A model generated the notes under the pieces. It searched no databases, was not told the origin of the DNA, and was given only the letters and a program-made list of their open reading frames with translations. A DNA stretch of 63,733 nt, filler included, from Octopus bimaculoides (Eukaryota), in NCBI RefSeq assembly GCF_001194135.2. It is 7 parts of 7 records of this genome, joined end to end, with 100 filler letters (N's around TTAATTAATTAA, not from the genome) between each part and the next. Parts side by side here need not be neighbours in the genome. Positions count along the whole stretch, not along the records: positions 24,056 to 35,858 come from NC_068988.1; positions 35,959 to 39,669 come from NC_068983.1; 5 more parts are not named here. One strand, 5' to 3'. This document shows positions 25,404 to 39,327 of this stretch, one piece after another (position 1 is the stretch's first letter; every line of letters begins with the position of its first letter). Both the position numbers and the translations under genes were made by a program.

Positions 25404-25560
25404 TCGAAAAATACCTTAGGAATGAGAGCTCAGATTCGAAATTTCTCCAAGACACCGAAACGTTGTGTTAACAACAAACAAGATGAGGACAAATATCCGC
25501 CAAATGTAAATAATGTAAATAAAGTACATAATTCCTCATCTCTTAAATATAGAACTATAG
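25314..25560 (+). mobile_element. Family H copy with truncated head, (AAT)n and ribozyme-deleted body
   Basis: Body matches 22367-22500 except GACAC-C-GAAACG, a 27-nt loss of the core 5' strand and stem II. Confidence 0.88.
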
Positions 25561-25969
25561 AAAACTTTATATTAAGTTTGAGGTGTCTATGGAACGAAGA
25601 ACGACGTATGTAACGCTTTTCAGTCACAAACGTTGCAAATTAATATATAAAAATCCGAAATTACCCTTAAAAATCTGTACGTGTTTCTAATTTGCAATTT
25701 GCAATAAGATAATGCATTGTTTTACCTTCTGAACACCATTGATATGAGATGGATGCAAGTGCGAGTGAATATTTTGCGGAACTATATGTTTAGTGAAAAT
25801 ACAGGATTATTTCTGGCGCTGTAGCACAACAATTTTTCAGTTCGCAACTGTCCATGATAGACAAGGAATACATCCCAATGAATATAACCTTATATATTAC
25901 AATTATGTTTTCTAATCTACGTTTCTGCTAGCTTATCGCCTTTTTCTAGTCCTCATATTGTAATGTCAA

Positions 25970-26185
25970 AAAGGCAGGGAGCTGGCAGAAACGTTAGCAC
26001 GCCGGGTGAAATGCTTAGCGGTATTGCGTCTGCCGTTACGTTCTGAGTTCAAATTGCGCTGTTGTCGACTTTGCCTTTCATCCTTTCGGGATCGATAAAT
26101 TAAGTACTATTTGCGCACTGAGGTCGACCTAAACGACTGGACCCTTCCCCAAAAATTTCGAGCCCTGTGCCTAGAGTGGAAAAGG
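25970..26185 (+). mobile_element. Full-length family A SINE with TSD
   Basis: Complete head, core and tail; 15-bp TSD ATA(T/C)TGTAAT(G/A)TCAA at 25955-25969 and 26186-26200. Confidence 0.93.
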
Positions 26186-27049
26186 ATACTGTAATATCAA
26201 GATAGAGTTTATACCTATATAAGAATAGAAGAATTAGACGAAACTTTTTCATGAATTTGTATATCTTTGCATCACCTTAAGCCACACATCATCTAAATTT
26301 CTAAAAATGATTTATTGACGAGATGCAGTAACAAAATGGCAGAAGAAATGGTATCGTACACGGGTGAATACACTCTTGCGTATTATTCTGCATAATATAT
26401 CGGCCTCGATGGGATAAAATATGAAAAAGAATTTTTAATTGTGAACATATATGGAAGGAATGAAACAATAAAACCATTATTAATTTTGCTTTTAGCATTA
26501 TTTATCATTAATATTCAATAAATAATTCAACAATAGACAAAATAATGTTTGAAGTAAATTGATATTGAAGTAAAATTAGTTTTAGTTTTTATTTATTAAT
26601 GCAAAATGAAATAGAACTTGAAAAGTTACTCGAATCTATGTAGAATTCGTATATATCTGCAACGAGTTTGCATTTCGATAACTGATTTTGGAATAAGATT
26701 AATGGAGGATATATGAACAGACTCAGCGAATACGTTTGCGCATGCATGCATTCATNNNNNNNNNNAGGATATATGAACAGACTCAGCGAATACGTTTGCG
26801 CATGCATGCATACATACATACATACATACATACATGCACACATACATACAGTAATCCCTCTCCATATCATGGTTCATGTATCAAGCTCTCAATACATCGT
26901 AGATTTTCTGGTTAATATATGTAAATATATATCGCAGACTCCTCGGTATATCCGCGTTTCTGCGGTCGATAGGTATTTATATTTTTTTAGATTTTAATTG
27001 TGTCTGTATGAGGTTTTGGAATGTAACTCACGCGATAGCCGAGGGAATA

Positions 27050-27181
27050 CTGTACATACATACATACATGCATACATACCTACATACATACATACATATA
27101 TACATACATACATACATAACATAACATACATACATACATACATACATACATAACATACATACATACATGCATACATACATA
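27050..27181. repeat. (TACA)n microsatellite
   Basis: Direct observation. Confidence 0.95.
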
Positions 27182-29597
27182 CGTGCATATGTGTATGTGT
27201 CTATCTATAAATATATACAGGTAGGAATTTGAAGTGACAGATAAATGAATAGATACTTAAATTTATTGATAGATAGAAGAATAGTAAGGGAGAGAAAGAA
27301 AGATAGAGAGAAGAGGGTGGAGAGAAGTGAGAGACGAGCGAGAGTAAAGAGGGTGTGAGTAAGAGAGAGAGGCAGAGAGAAAGAGAAATACGTGTGCGTA
27401 GCGTATGTTTACATGTAGTATATATGTTTGGAATGTTTACTAAATATCTGTCTACTTGTGTATAATTGTCTTGTTCGATTTATATACAATTTGAATGTAT
27501 TGCAATCTTCCATGTAAACATATATATATACACGTCTAATTACGGACACACATGGCAACGTAAACAACCTATACGTTTCTAAACAAACATAACATTTATC
27601 TGTTTTCTAATTGTCAGGGTGCCAACATACGTTAACTATGCGGATTCTCCTTGTATTTATAAAACAAATCTACATCATATCATTAATATGAATTAAAGGC
27701 AAATTGCCCAAAACTCTGTTCGGTTGTTTACTGTTATAATATAGAAATACAATTAAAGTTCTGACTATAATCATCTTGATAGGAAGAGGTAAACTGTACT
27801 GTAGAAATCAGTGAAAAATAACGAAGCTCTATAATTGATAAATTATATGGCAATGGAAATCTTACGCATGTATCTTCATTTTACATATTTCTCTTTTTCA
27901 CAGTGTTAGAAATCACATTATTTACATGACTTCTACCTTTATTTAAATTGAAATCGTGTATAGTTTCATGATTCGTAATAGATGTGTGACTATAGGAATA
28001 GAGGTACATGCCTGCATTGAGAAGTGGAACATCGGATCTGTGTTCAAAATAAATTGTTAATATGAATATGTTNNNNNNNNNNNNNNNNNNNNNNNNNNNN
28101 NNNNNNNNNNNNNNNNNNNNNNNNNNNNNNNNNNNNNNNNNNNNNNNNNNNNNNNNNNNNNNNNNNNNNNNNNNNNNNNNNNNNNNNNNNNNNNNNNNNN
28201 NNNNNNNNNNNNNNNNNNNNNNNNNNNNNNNNNNNNNNCACACACACACACATACACACACACACACACACACACGCACAAACAGACACACACACACACA
28301 CGCACACGCACACCGCACCCACTCACTATCTTGAAATAATTTACTCCACTATTGTTTTGTTTGAAGTTACGATTAATTTACTTCGATAGCCAGCTTGCGT
28401 TCCTGAAAAACCATTTCGGTTGGTGTCTGATTATTTGTAATTCTGTAAAATGTGGAAAATGTTTATCCTTGCTGTTAAGGAAATGTTGGTTTAGTATCGC
28501 AGGAAACTGATATCTTATATTTTTGGGACTCAACAGTTTACTTGTAGAAATTATTACAGAGTACCCCGATTCTTTTACGGAGAGTGACGATACATATATT
28601 TGAAGTAAGAATTCATTAGGGGCATGTAGAATAGCGAACATTCAAATTATAACTTTGTATTTATCAAAATTAAAACGTACGTATTTATTCATAAGACGTT
28701 CTGCAAGATACCAACATGAATATTTGATTGCTGCTGTCGGTAGTCCCTGAGAAGCATCTTTTACATGCAGTCGTTCCATAACACATGCAATTCGTGGGTG
28801 TTATGGGACTTAGAGACACCTGACGCTTCGACCGCTTTCTATGTCTCAGTCTAAGCTACACTGCCAAGCATGCGTATCCCACATTATGAGCACTTGATTA
28901 TAGGAATAAAAAAAAATATTTGCTGCGTTGTCTGAACGTCCCTTTACGCCGGTGAATCATGCGTGCTATGACGTGCATCGTCCAAACGGAGGTGAGTATT
29001 GCCCAGAGACAGAAAACAACTGTGATCAGATACTCAGTGCGAATCTGCCAGAACGTATAATGAATGCTTAAATACATTATTTAAGCATCTCTATATATTT
29101 GCCGTGTAGATTTTCAACATTGAATACTTGACAGTGTTTTGATTTTGATCAATCCTTATGAGTTCAATCTTCATTGTTATAGTTGACTAGATAAGGTCTT
29201 TGCAGCACGCATTGTCACCCGAAGCAAATTTTGTTATCCATCAATTTTGTTACTTCTGTTCATCCTAAGTTCAAATACTCAATGGTGGGTCAGCGTTTGA
29301 AGCATGGATTATTACAGGAGGGTTTGTGTCTAGTTATTCTTCTTCCGTGGCAAAATGGCGGCTTTTAAGGACAAAATTCTATTCATAACAGTTATTAAAG
29401 AGGAACATTTTAATAGCCATGGTCCTGATAAGCGTTCTCTGTTCATTACTGCTGTCCAAAACCATAAAGTTTCTAATGTTGTACGAACACGCTCATTCAC
29501 AGATACTCGTGATAACGCATACGTAGATACATGCATTCTTAATTACAGAAATACATGCGGCATGTATACACATCACCAGACTGTCATACATGTGTGC

Positions 29598-29657
<60 letters not shown>

Positions 29658-30485
29658 CTGTATTCAACATGTTCCACAGGATCCATCTTCTACATACTAC
29701 ACAAATTCATGCCACTTGCTTCACTAAAGAGCTCCCATAGCGTCGATACATTCAGTTGATTATTTACCCCACCTAGCATATCAAGTAATAAAAACAAGCA
29801 GTTTGTACTTTCTACAATGTACACTAAAGTATCTGAGAAAATCTTTAAGATTGGAGTCGACGGAATTTGTGCTACTTAACAACTTCAGTTTTCTAATGGA
29901 CTCCCTATCTCTTGTCTCTCATTCCCTAAAGAAATATGTGACAAAACAACGCAAGCTGAATAGGACACCTGTCTAGTTTATAAGAAATTGTTTTTAAAGT
30001 GAAGTTTTGATTAGATTAAACTTCATTCTTTCAAACTAATTTACATCTCTAAAAAGATATGCTTGTATAGTTTTGTTTTGTTGTTCCATTTTTGTAGGTA
30101 TTTATTTATAAGGAAAAGTATTTCGGTTTTTGTAAGCGTGTTTCATAAATCAGTTCGCTATTGTATATCTAGAAAATATCACAGACACACACACTTACAC
30201 ACGCTTAGACACACACACATACACNNNNNNNNNNNNNNNNNNNNNNNNNNNNNNNNNNNNNNNNNNNNNNNNNNNNNNNNNNNNNNNNNNNNNNNNNNNN
30301 NNNNNNNNNNNNNNNNNNNNNNNNNNNNNNNNNNNNNNNNNNNNNNNNNNNNNNNNNNNNNNNNNNNNNNNNNNNNNNNNNNNNNNNNNNNNNNNNNNNN
30401 NNNNNNNNNNNNNNNNNNNNNNNNNNNNNNNNNNNNNNNNNNNNNNNNNNNNNNNNNNNNNNNNNNNNNNNNNNNNNNNNNNNNN

Positions 30486-30546
<61 letters not shown>

Positions 30547-31713
30547 GAGAGAGAGTGAGTGAATGAGTGAGTGCATGAGTGAGAAGGATAAATGCATATG
30601 TGTATATGTTTACGTATGTGGGCATACACACGCAGAATCTTGTATGCCTGTGTACGTATAAGCACACAGACTTAAATACACACGGGCACTCACATATACT
30701 TCTACATATACATAATTACCGATTTCCTAATGAAACACATTTTCAAGAATCAGAAGCATGATTGGAATTGACGTTGAAAAGTAAGTAGTAAGTGCGAGAA
30801 GTTAGAATATATGTTCCCCTTGTTGAAATATTATTACATTACAGATGGAAGAATTGAGAAGTAGTTGAACGTAGAACTTAATACTGTAATAAATTTTAGC
30901 AGCACATTTAGTAAAGTCGAAGGATTAGATTTTGAAATGTGAGAGAGAAATTAGAAGCTATGTGCCTCGAAGACAATTTATGGAATTCCACTTTGGCTAA
31001 GCGAAAGTTAAATACGAAACGAAAACATAGAATAACAAGTTCCTCATAAATGATGAAATAAAACGGGAAGAAAAGAATATCAAACATATCAAATATATGA
31101 AATAAATTAATAAATACAGAATAAATATAAAGATGGGGAAAAAAAGTGAAAGCAACGTGATAAAAAGTGATAAAAAATAACCTAGAAATTTATAAGAATG
31201 TCATAATAAAAATATGAGAACAATAAATTGACAACTGTCAAAAACAACTGTAAAAAATATAACTGAAAAATATCAAATGTTAATTTCTCCCTCACACAAA
31301 TTGAAATATGTGAGGCATTTAGTTTAAAGTATAAGCAGATATAAATAGGGAACGGTAGTAAAGTCTGGGTAGAAGCAGACAAGCAGAAGTAAATGTAACT
31401 AGAAGTGAAATAGGTAGTAGTAAATCAGTTGCTAACATATAATATAGGTGGTATTTCTAGCAGGTGGAGTGCCCATTTCAAGATCAATTGTTCAAAATAT
31501 AACGGTTCAATCTTTTTCAAATCGTCATCATAATATTATAAAATTAGATGTGCGCATATATTTACATAAATGACTGCAATTCTTTATAATTTTCTATAAA
31601 TCAAACATGTGAATTATTCACAAATAGCCGCATGTTAATCTACATTCCTACATGCCTACTACTTATAAGAACACTCACACACAGTATATGTACCAAGAAA
31701 TAATTGCAAGCAG

Positions 31714-31783
<70 letters not shown>

Positions 31784-31801
31784 CCTATTTATCTATCTAT
31801 C

Positions 31802-31844
<43 letters not shown>

Positions 31845-31877
31845 GTTCATTGGGTAACGTTAACAGANNNNNNNNNN

Positions 31878-31970
<93 letters not shown>
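31714..31970. repeat. (TCTA)n microsatellite, duplicated across a 10-N gap
   Basis: Direct observation; the flank TGTTCATTGGGTAAC(G/A)TTAACAGA appears twice. Confidence 0.9.
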
Positions 31971-31971
<1 letters not shown>

Positions 31972-32532
31972 GTTCATTGGGTAACATTAACAGAAAACAG
32001 CATTCCTAGTTTGACCAAATTTGACAATAAGTTAATATTCTTATATTCCGATAAGTCCATAGAAGGAGCGTGTGACTACAACAGGATGAAGACGCTAGTG
32101 TACATTCTTTCATACTTGGCACCACTAGAAGGTAAAATACTTTGGAAAAGTGGAGATTTTATTATGATTTTCAGCCGATATGTAATGTGCTAAATGCGAT
32201 ACATATACATACATAAAAACACTCACTCACGCGCGCATAGACCCCTCTCCCCACCCGTACATAAGGACAGGCTTCATTTGGCTTTTGTCTTACAATTCCA
32301 ATCACAAGCCGTTGGTCGTCCAGGGGCTATAAGAGAAAATAATTCCCATAGCTGCCAAGCAGTTGGACACACAAACACGTACACAAACACACACACACAT
32401 GTGACTAACATGTGACTAGCATGTCATTATGTAAAAGTGACATGTTACTATTTAGTTAGCTTCAAAGGTATCGACTAAGTTCTATGGGAGACATGAAGTG
32501 GTCGTAACCGGGCACATGAAAATTACAGGAAT

Positions 32533-32611
<79 letters not shown>

Positions 32612-32844
32612 AACACACGCACACACACTCACACACACATACACACATATGTAAATACATATACAAACTTAAATAACAATAACAGCGATAACTAATTACC
32701 TCCCCTTATTTTTCTTCTTTTGAAGTCATTCACTCATAAATATCATCACACACAACATAGATGAAAATTTCTTCTTAAGAACACATATATTCACATAAGT
32801 AAACCTTAATATCATAACGTTCAGGTGCTAAATCCTGAAGAGTG

Positions 32845-33180
32845 TGACCGCAGAAGTCCATATGTCCAGATCTCACTCCAAGCGATCTTTACGTGTGGGG
32901 TTCCACAAAAGAGGAGGTGTACAAGACAAAACCTCACACATAGGAGGACTTGGAGACACGGTTTCAGGGGTTTCTGAATGATATCTCAGACGAAGTCCTT
33001 CATAAGTTTGTTTATTTTATTCCTTTTGAGGGAACTTGTTGACGCCACCTGGGCTTAGGTTGAAATATGAGGCTTTAGTTTCCCTTTCCCATGTAATGAA
33101 GAACATGTATCATTTCTTTCAATAAATTTTTAAAAAGGGGATATGGATTTAATTACCATTTTTTAATGTCTAACTTAATT
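32845..33180 (+). pseudogene. Tc1/mariner transposase C-terminal relic with probable right end
   Basis: Manual translation CPDLTPSDLYVWGSTKEEVYKTKPHT*EDLE..LVDATWA*VEI* matches the WPPRSPDLTPxDFxLWGxxKxxVYxxKPxTLxEL motif. Confidence 0.85.
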
Positions 33181-33747
33181 TTACCAACCCTCTCTCTCTC
33201 TCTGACTCTCTCTCTCTCTGTCTGACTCTCTCTCTCTCTGACTCTCTGTCTCTCTGACTCTCTCTCCCTCTCTGACTCTCTCTCTCTGNNNNNNNNNNTA
33301 AAAAGGGGATATGGATTTAATTACCATTTTTTAATGTCTAACTTAATTTTACCAACCCTCTCTCTCTCTCTGACTCTCTCTCTCTCTCTCTCTATCTATA
33401 TATCTATCTATCTATCTATCTATATATATATATATACATACATACATGCACACGACCATATCAATGTGTGCTTTTACAAACATACAGTTGATATGCAGTT
33501 ACATATGCATATGAATACACAATATAGGAACATATATACATACATACATACATACATACACATACACACACACACATATATATATATATACATACACATA
33601 TGCATATATACATATATATACATATATACATTTATATATATNNNNNNNNNNNNNNNNNNNNNNNNNNNNNNNNNNNNNNNNNNNNNNNNNNNNNNNNNNN
33701 NNNNNNNNNNNNNNNNNNNNNNNNNNNNNNNNNNNNNNNNNNNNNNN

Positions 33748-33784
<37 letters not shown>

Positions 33785-34463
33785 TCAATCTAGAATCTGA
33801 GAGTTGGATATCCAATGGATAATATATTAAGAAAGCAAAACCAGTGAATAAGATATTGACACAGTAATACATTATGAATCATGAAAGATTAACACTAGCG
33901 TTCTATTAAATGCTACAAGGATCATTGAATAACAGATACACGACCACGCTGCTGTAATCTGAACTTGAAAATTAATCTAGCGTAGATAAAAGTACTTGCT
34001 ATTAGTTTTCATCTATTGTACTGTAATGGAAATGTACACAATGTTTATATGTACATATGGACGTGTGTATCTATGTACGTATGAATATATAATTCCTGAA
34101 GTCACGCATATGGACACGTATTAGTATGAAAATCAAATACGACTTCGTCTGAGGATTTCTATATGTGTAAATGCAATGTGTAAGTGATATGTGTATGTAT
34201 ATCTGATCGTATATGTATGTGTGTATGTGTGCTAATGTGCGAATGTATTTGTGTATTTGTTCTTGCGTCCGTGTATTTCCACATATAAAATATGCCTATA
34301 ATTCAATTATAATGAAAATAATATGTATATCAATATGTGCGTATATGCGTCTATATGGATGCATGTGTTCATATGTATTTGTATGAGTGTGTATGAGCGT
34401 ATGCAATACAAACAAGCATACATATATATACATACACACACACACATACACACACCCACACAC

Positions 34464-34506
<43 letters not shown>

Positions 34507-35820
34507 NNNNNNNNNNNNNNNNNNNNNNNNNNNNNNNNNNNNNNNNNNNNNNNNNNNNNNNNNNNNNNNNNNNNNNNNNNNNNNNNNNNNNNNNNNNNNN
34601 NNNNNNNNNNNNNNNNNNNNNNNNNNNNNNNNNNNNNNNNNNNNNNNNNNNNNNNNNNNNNNNNNNNNNNNNNNNNNNNNNNNNNNNNNNNNNNNNNNNN
34701 NNNNNNNNNNNNNNNNNNNNNNNNNNNNNNNNNNNNNNNNNNNNNNNNNNNNNNNNNNNNNNNNNNNNNNNNNNNNNNNNNNNNNNNNNNNNNNNNNNNN
34801 NNNNNNNNNNNNNNNNNNNNNNNNNNNNNNNNNNNNNNNNNNNNNNNNNNNNNNNNNNNNNNNNNNNNNNNNNNNNNNNNNNNNNNNNNNNNNNNNNNNN
34901 NNNNNNNNNNNNNNNNNNNNNNNNNNNNNNNNNNNNNNNNNNNNNNNNNNNNNNNNNNNNNNNNNNNNNNNNNNNNNNNNNNNNNNNNNNNNNNNNNNNN
35001 NNNNNNNNNNNNNNNNNNNNNNNNNNNNNNNNNNNNNNNNNNNNNNNNNNNNNNNNNNNNNNNNNNNNNNNNNNNNNNNNNNNNNNNNNNNNNNNNNNNN
35101 NNNNNNNNNNNNNNNNNNNNNNNNNNNNNNNNNNNNNNNNNNNNNNNNNNATATATATATATATACGTATATACATATATTCATACATGCACACAAATAC
35201 GAAAGCACACACACGTACACACTCACTCACACACACACACATACCGACATATTCGCATGTGTAACGCACCTGCACTCACACATATATGCGAACACGTTTC
35301 ACACATACATGCCTCCTTTTCAAACGCTGCTAATATACGTTCGACATATGTAAATTAACCTTCTGTAACACGACACAGCCACATGCAAACATATAATATT
35401 CATGTATATCAGACGAACGTACAACAGATACATATATTTTACCACTCATACGCATATAGAAAACAATTTTAGAATAAAAAGAAAATATATCGAATATGAT
35501 TTGTAACTTGATGAAGTTTGTGATACAGTAGTTTAATTGAACTAGATCTCATAAATATCATTGGCGATATATCAAAGATATTGAGCATGATGTGATATGT
35601 ATATCCAATGGCGGATGGTGTTAACTACCATATAAAACTATTAAGATTTCTCTCAATGTTATCACCAACAACATCGTCATTTAACATGTGTGAGTTTAAA
35701 ATGTCTTCGGGAAAATTCATTCAGTGAAACTTCGTAAGTGTAACAAATGTGGTATATATATGTATATATATATATATATATACGTATATTTGCGTGTCCA
35801 TGCGTGTCCATGTACACATA

Positions 35821-35858
<38 letters not shown>

Positions 35859-35958
35859 NNNNNNNNNNNNNNNNNNNNNNNNNNNNNNNNNNNNNNNNNN
35901 NNTTAATTAATTAANNNNNNNNNNNNNNNNNNNNNNNNNNNNNNNNNNNNNNNNNNNN

Positions 35959-36008
<50 letters not shown>

Positions 36009-36215
36009 TGTGTCTGTGTTTGTCCCCCCATCATCACTTGACAACCGATGCTGGTGTGTTTACGTCCCCGTAACTTAGTCGTTCGGCTAAAGACCAATAG
36101 AATAACTACTAGGCTTACAAAGAATAAGTCCTGGGGTCAATTAGCACGACTAAAAGGTGGTGCTCCAGCATGGCCACAGTCAAATGACTGAAACAAGTAA
36201 AAGAGTAAAAGAGTA
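35959..36215 (+). mobile_element. Family B SINE 3' half
   Basis: (TG)n-TTTGTGTGTCTGTGTTTGTCCCCC..GACTGAAACAAGTAAAAGAGTAAAAGAG. Confidence 0.9.
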
Positions 36216-36507
36216 TCTATTTTATTATAAATGTAAAACAACACCATAGAGGAATCGATGTGAGTTTAAATAATAAACCGTGATAGGTGAACCGTGATAT
36301 GGCGAAGGATTACTGTAATGACAAATATTGTAATATTTTAGCAAATATGAGAGACAACTCTGGATATTATTCATCCATAAAGAAAAGACTTTGTTCATTA
36401 ACAGACTAAAGTGATGATGAAAATCATTAAGAAAATGTACAAGGCTGTATACTGGTTGGCATAGAAACCAAAATTGTTTGGACAATAAATAATTCACAGT
36501 TATTATC

Positions 36508-36680
36508 TGCATCATCATCATCATCATTACTGAATGTCCATTGTCCATGCTGGCATGGGTTGGACATTTTGACCAGGGCTGGCAAGCTGGGAGGCTGCAC
36601 CAGACTCCAGTCTGATTTAGCATGGTTTCTATGGTTGGATGCCCTTTCTAATGCCAACCACTCCATGGCTGGTAGTCCAT
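36508..36680 (-). mobile_element. RTE-type 3' tail ending in (GAT)n, CpG-decayed
   Basis: (CAT)n..TCCATGCTGGCATGGGTTGGAC..GGATGCCCTTTCTAATGCCAACC; related to 62184-62373. Confidence 0.8.
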
Positions 36681-37290
36681 GACAAATTATCAAGGTGCTG
36701 TTTTGAACAATTTTAACACAACAATGATTTGTTACATGAGTACAATGGCAAAGATTTGTAGTGGAGATGTAGAGATGATTGAACCAACCTATGCACATGT
36801 CTGGTATGTATCATCAAGGATGGTTCCTATGGGAATTGAACTTGAAAAATAATGGTAGGAAATAAATACTGTAAGGCATTTAATCCTATAATCTTCCATT
36901 TCACCTACTATAATAATAATTTGATGGTAAAACTGCTACACAAATCAGAACAGGAAAGTGTATATCTGCATGACATTTGTTTTACACTTAGGGAGACTGA
37001 GAAATGAGACTCCTCCAGGAACACAGCTCAGCATCAGTGACAGAATACAGAAACCACCTTCCATTGTTAAGAAAAACTACTCAATTATCAAATAAAACAA
37101 TACCTCCTTTATAAAGAGGAACTGTTTTAACTACAATGCAATAATATACTAGCTATTATTCATCAAAACTAAATTATACTCAAAAGCAAAAACTGTTTTA
37201 TTTTTGTCTTTATTTTTGCTTTTTTTTTTTTTGTCATATGGCACAAATACAATTTATATAAAAGAATGGAATTAGCATGTTCACCTCCAT

Positions 37291-37550
37291 GTGGAGGTGC
37301 ATGGCTCAGCAGTTAGGCTTTTGGACTCATGACCCTAAGATTGTGGTCTTGATTTCTGGACCGGGCTATGCATTGTGTCCTTGAATAAAACACTTCATTT
37401 CACATTGCTTCAGTTCACTGAGCTGACAAAAATGAGTAATCCTGCAACTGACCAGCATCCCTCAGGTGGGGAATATATACACCATGAAACCAGGAAACTA
37501 GCCCTTATGAGTCAGTGTGACTTGAGAAGATACCTTTACATTTTTATCCA
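37291..37550 (+). mobile_element. Old CpG-decayed tRNA-headed SINE (family D)
   Basis: GTGGAGGTGCATGGCTCAGCAGTTAGG head; TTGTGTCCTTGAATAAAACACTTC middle; tail related to 41945-42010. Confidence 0.75.
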
Positions 37551-37597
37551 CCTCAGTACATCCCCAGTAATTTATTGTTAATCATTTAGCATTCAGA

Positions 37598-37690
37598 TCA
37601 TCATCATCATCATCATCGTTTAACGTCCGCTTTCCATGCTAGCATGGGTTGGACGATTTGACTGAGGACTGGTCGACCAGGAGGCGACAC
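37598..37690 (-). mobile_element. RTE-type 3' terminal fragment
   Basis: (CAT)n-CGTTTAACGTCCGCTTTCCATGCTAGCATGGGTTGGACGATTTGACTGAGGACTGG, nearly identical to 62184-62240. Confidence 0.88.
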
Positions 37691-38374
37691 AGAATCCTAG
37701 CTATATATAAGCAGTCTCTCCTAATTGTCTTCCAATCTATCTGCTGACAGAATTACGACGAAGTTCTCCAAAATATGAACAGCTTAGAAATTTTATTCTA
37801 CGTACACCCTCCATATATTTTCCAACTTTTGCGCTCCACCCCTGTCTGTTCTTCATTATCTATCTATTTCTTTCCATGTAAATCACTTGAACTCTGTTTT
37901 TTTCTTTTTTTTTTTTTTTGGCTGTCGCCAGTACCGCCTGACTGGCCCTCGTGCCGGTGGCACGTAAAACACCCACTACACACTCAAGAGTGCTCATTGT
38001 TTTCAGTTAATCATGGCTTATCTTGTATCTTCAAGATTTTGATGATGTGATTGAGTATTTTTTTAGGCTAACATTGTTGGATAAGCCAGTTTGCGCATAA
38101 GACAGGAAGAATATTTTGACTGGATATGGCCAGTTTAAATGTTAAAAGGTTAAACTCTGCAGATTAAAAGGCAAGATCAGCCTTCATGTTATTTCATACT
38201 CCATAGCTAAAACATTTTTGATTATAGGTCTGCATGATACAGGTTGACCTGGGGTTAAATAACAACCAACAACTAACAAAAAATATTTAATCATCAACTA
38301 GACAACTATGGCTATACTTCATTTTTATTAAGTAACTCCTCAGCAAAGCAAAGATTTATCTTATTTCCTGAAGT

Positions 38375-38690
38375 AGTTAGTGATAGCTCAGTGGTTAGAG
38401 TATTGGGCTCACAATCATGAGGTAGTGAGTTCAATTTCCAGCAGGGCTGTGTGTTGTGTTCTTGAGCAAGACAATTTATTTTATGTTGCTCCAGTTTACT
38501 CAACTGTAGAAGTGAGTTGCAACATCACTGGTGCCAAATTGTATCAGCTTTTGCCTTTCTCTCAGACAAAATTGGTGGCACAGAGAGGGGTGGTTGCTAT
38601 GCATGGGCGACTGCTGGTCTTCTATAAAACAACCTTGCCTGGACTTGTGCCTCAGAGGGGAACTTTCTAGATGCAATCCCATGGTCATTC
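38375..38690 (+). mobile_element. Old CpG-decayed tRNA-headed SINE
   Basis: TAGCTCAGTGG box A, GAGTTCAATTTCC box B, TTGTGTTCTTGAGCAAGACA middle. Confidence 0.75.
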
Positions 38691-39069
38691 AATGATAAGA
38701 AAATTATTAAGTAAATATAAAACGTTCATGCAGATAGTTCTCAAAGACACGCTTTGCTTGAAAGCCAAAATGTATATAGGTATAAACAGACAATAGTAAG
38801 CTAATATTACACCCGTGGCAAAAGAATATTTAATGATCAATTCTAGTTCATTAAAAATAAATTTTAAAAAGGGAGATAAACTCGAAATGTTAGAAATAGA
38901 TAATGGCCAACAGAGCAGAGAGGGAATGTAATATTGTGACTATTCCAGATATGTTAAAAATAATTTTAAGATTTTGGAGTTGTTTCCCCTATCTCTCTAG
39001 AGCAAACTTTGCAATAAATTAATGCATGTTTTTTTTTTGTTTTTTGTTTTTTTTACCGTGAGTGTTATT

Positions 39070-39327
39070 TTAACGTCCACTTTTCCGTACTTGCATGGGG
39101 TCAACAGAGTTTATTGCGGCAGATTTGCTATGGCCAGAATTCCTTCTTGTCACCACCTTCACTTGTTTCCAAGCAAGGTTTCCTATGGCCAGGCATAATT
39201 TTGCAGAATGTTGAAAATGAATTTCATTGCTTGTATGACAATGAGTTGTTTACAACTGTCACTTAACATCAAGATAAGGAGACACACGCATGTGTGCATA
39301 TACACATATGAAAGGCTTCTTTCAATT
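39070..39327 (-). mobile_element. Family B-like SINE with RTE-type tail, truncated by the adjacent RTE fragment
   Basis: TTTAACGTCCACTTTTCC tail through GGCTTCTTTCAATTTCC middle. Confidence 0.65.

Noticed and set aside
26705-26812. Direct repeats across 10-N gaps (also 31844-31993 and 33135-33360)
   Set aside because: Near-identical sequence on both sides of a minimal gap indicates unmerged contig overlap
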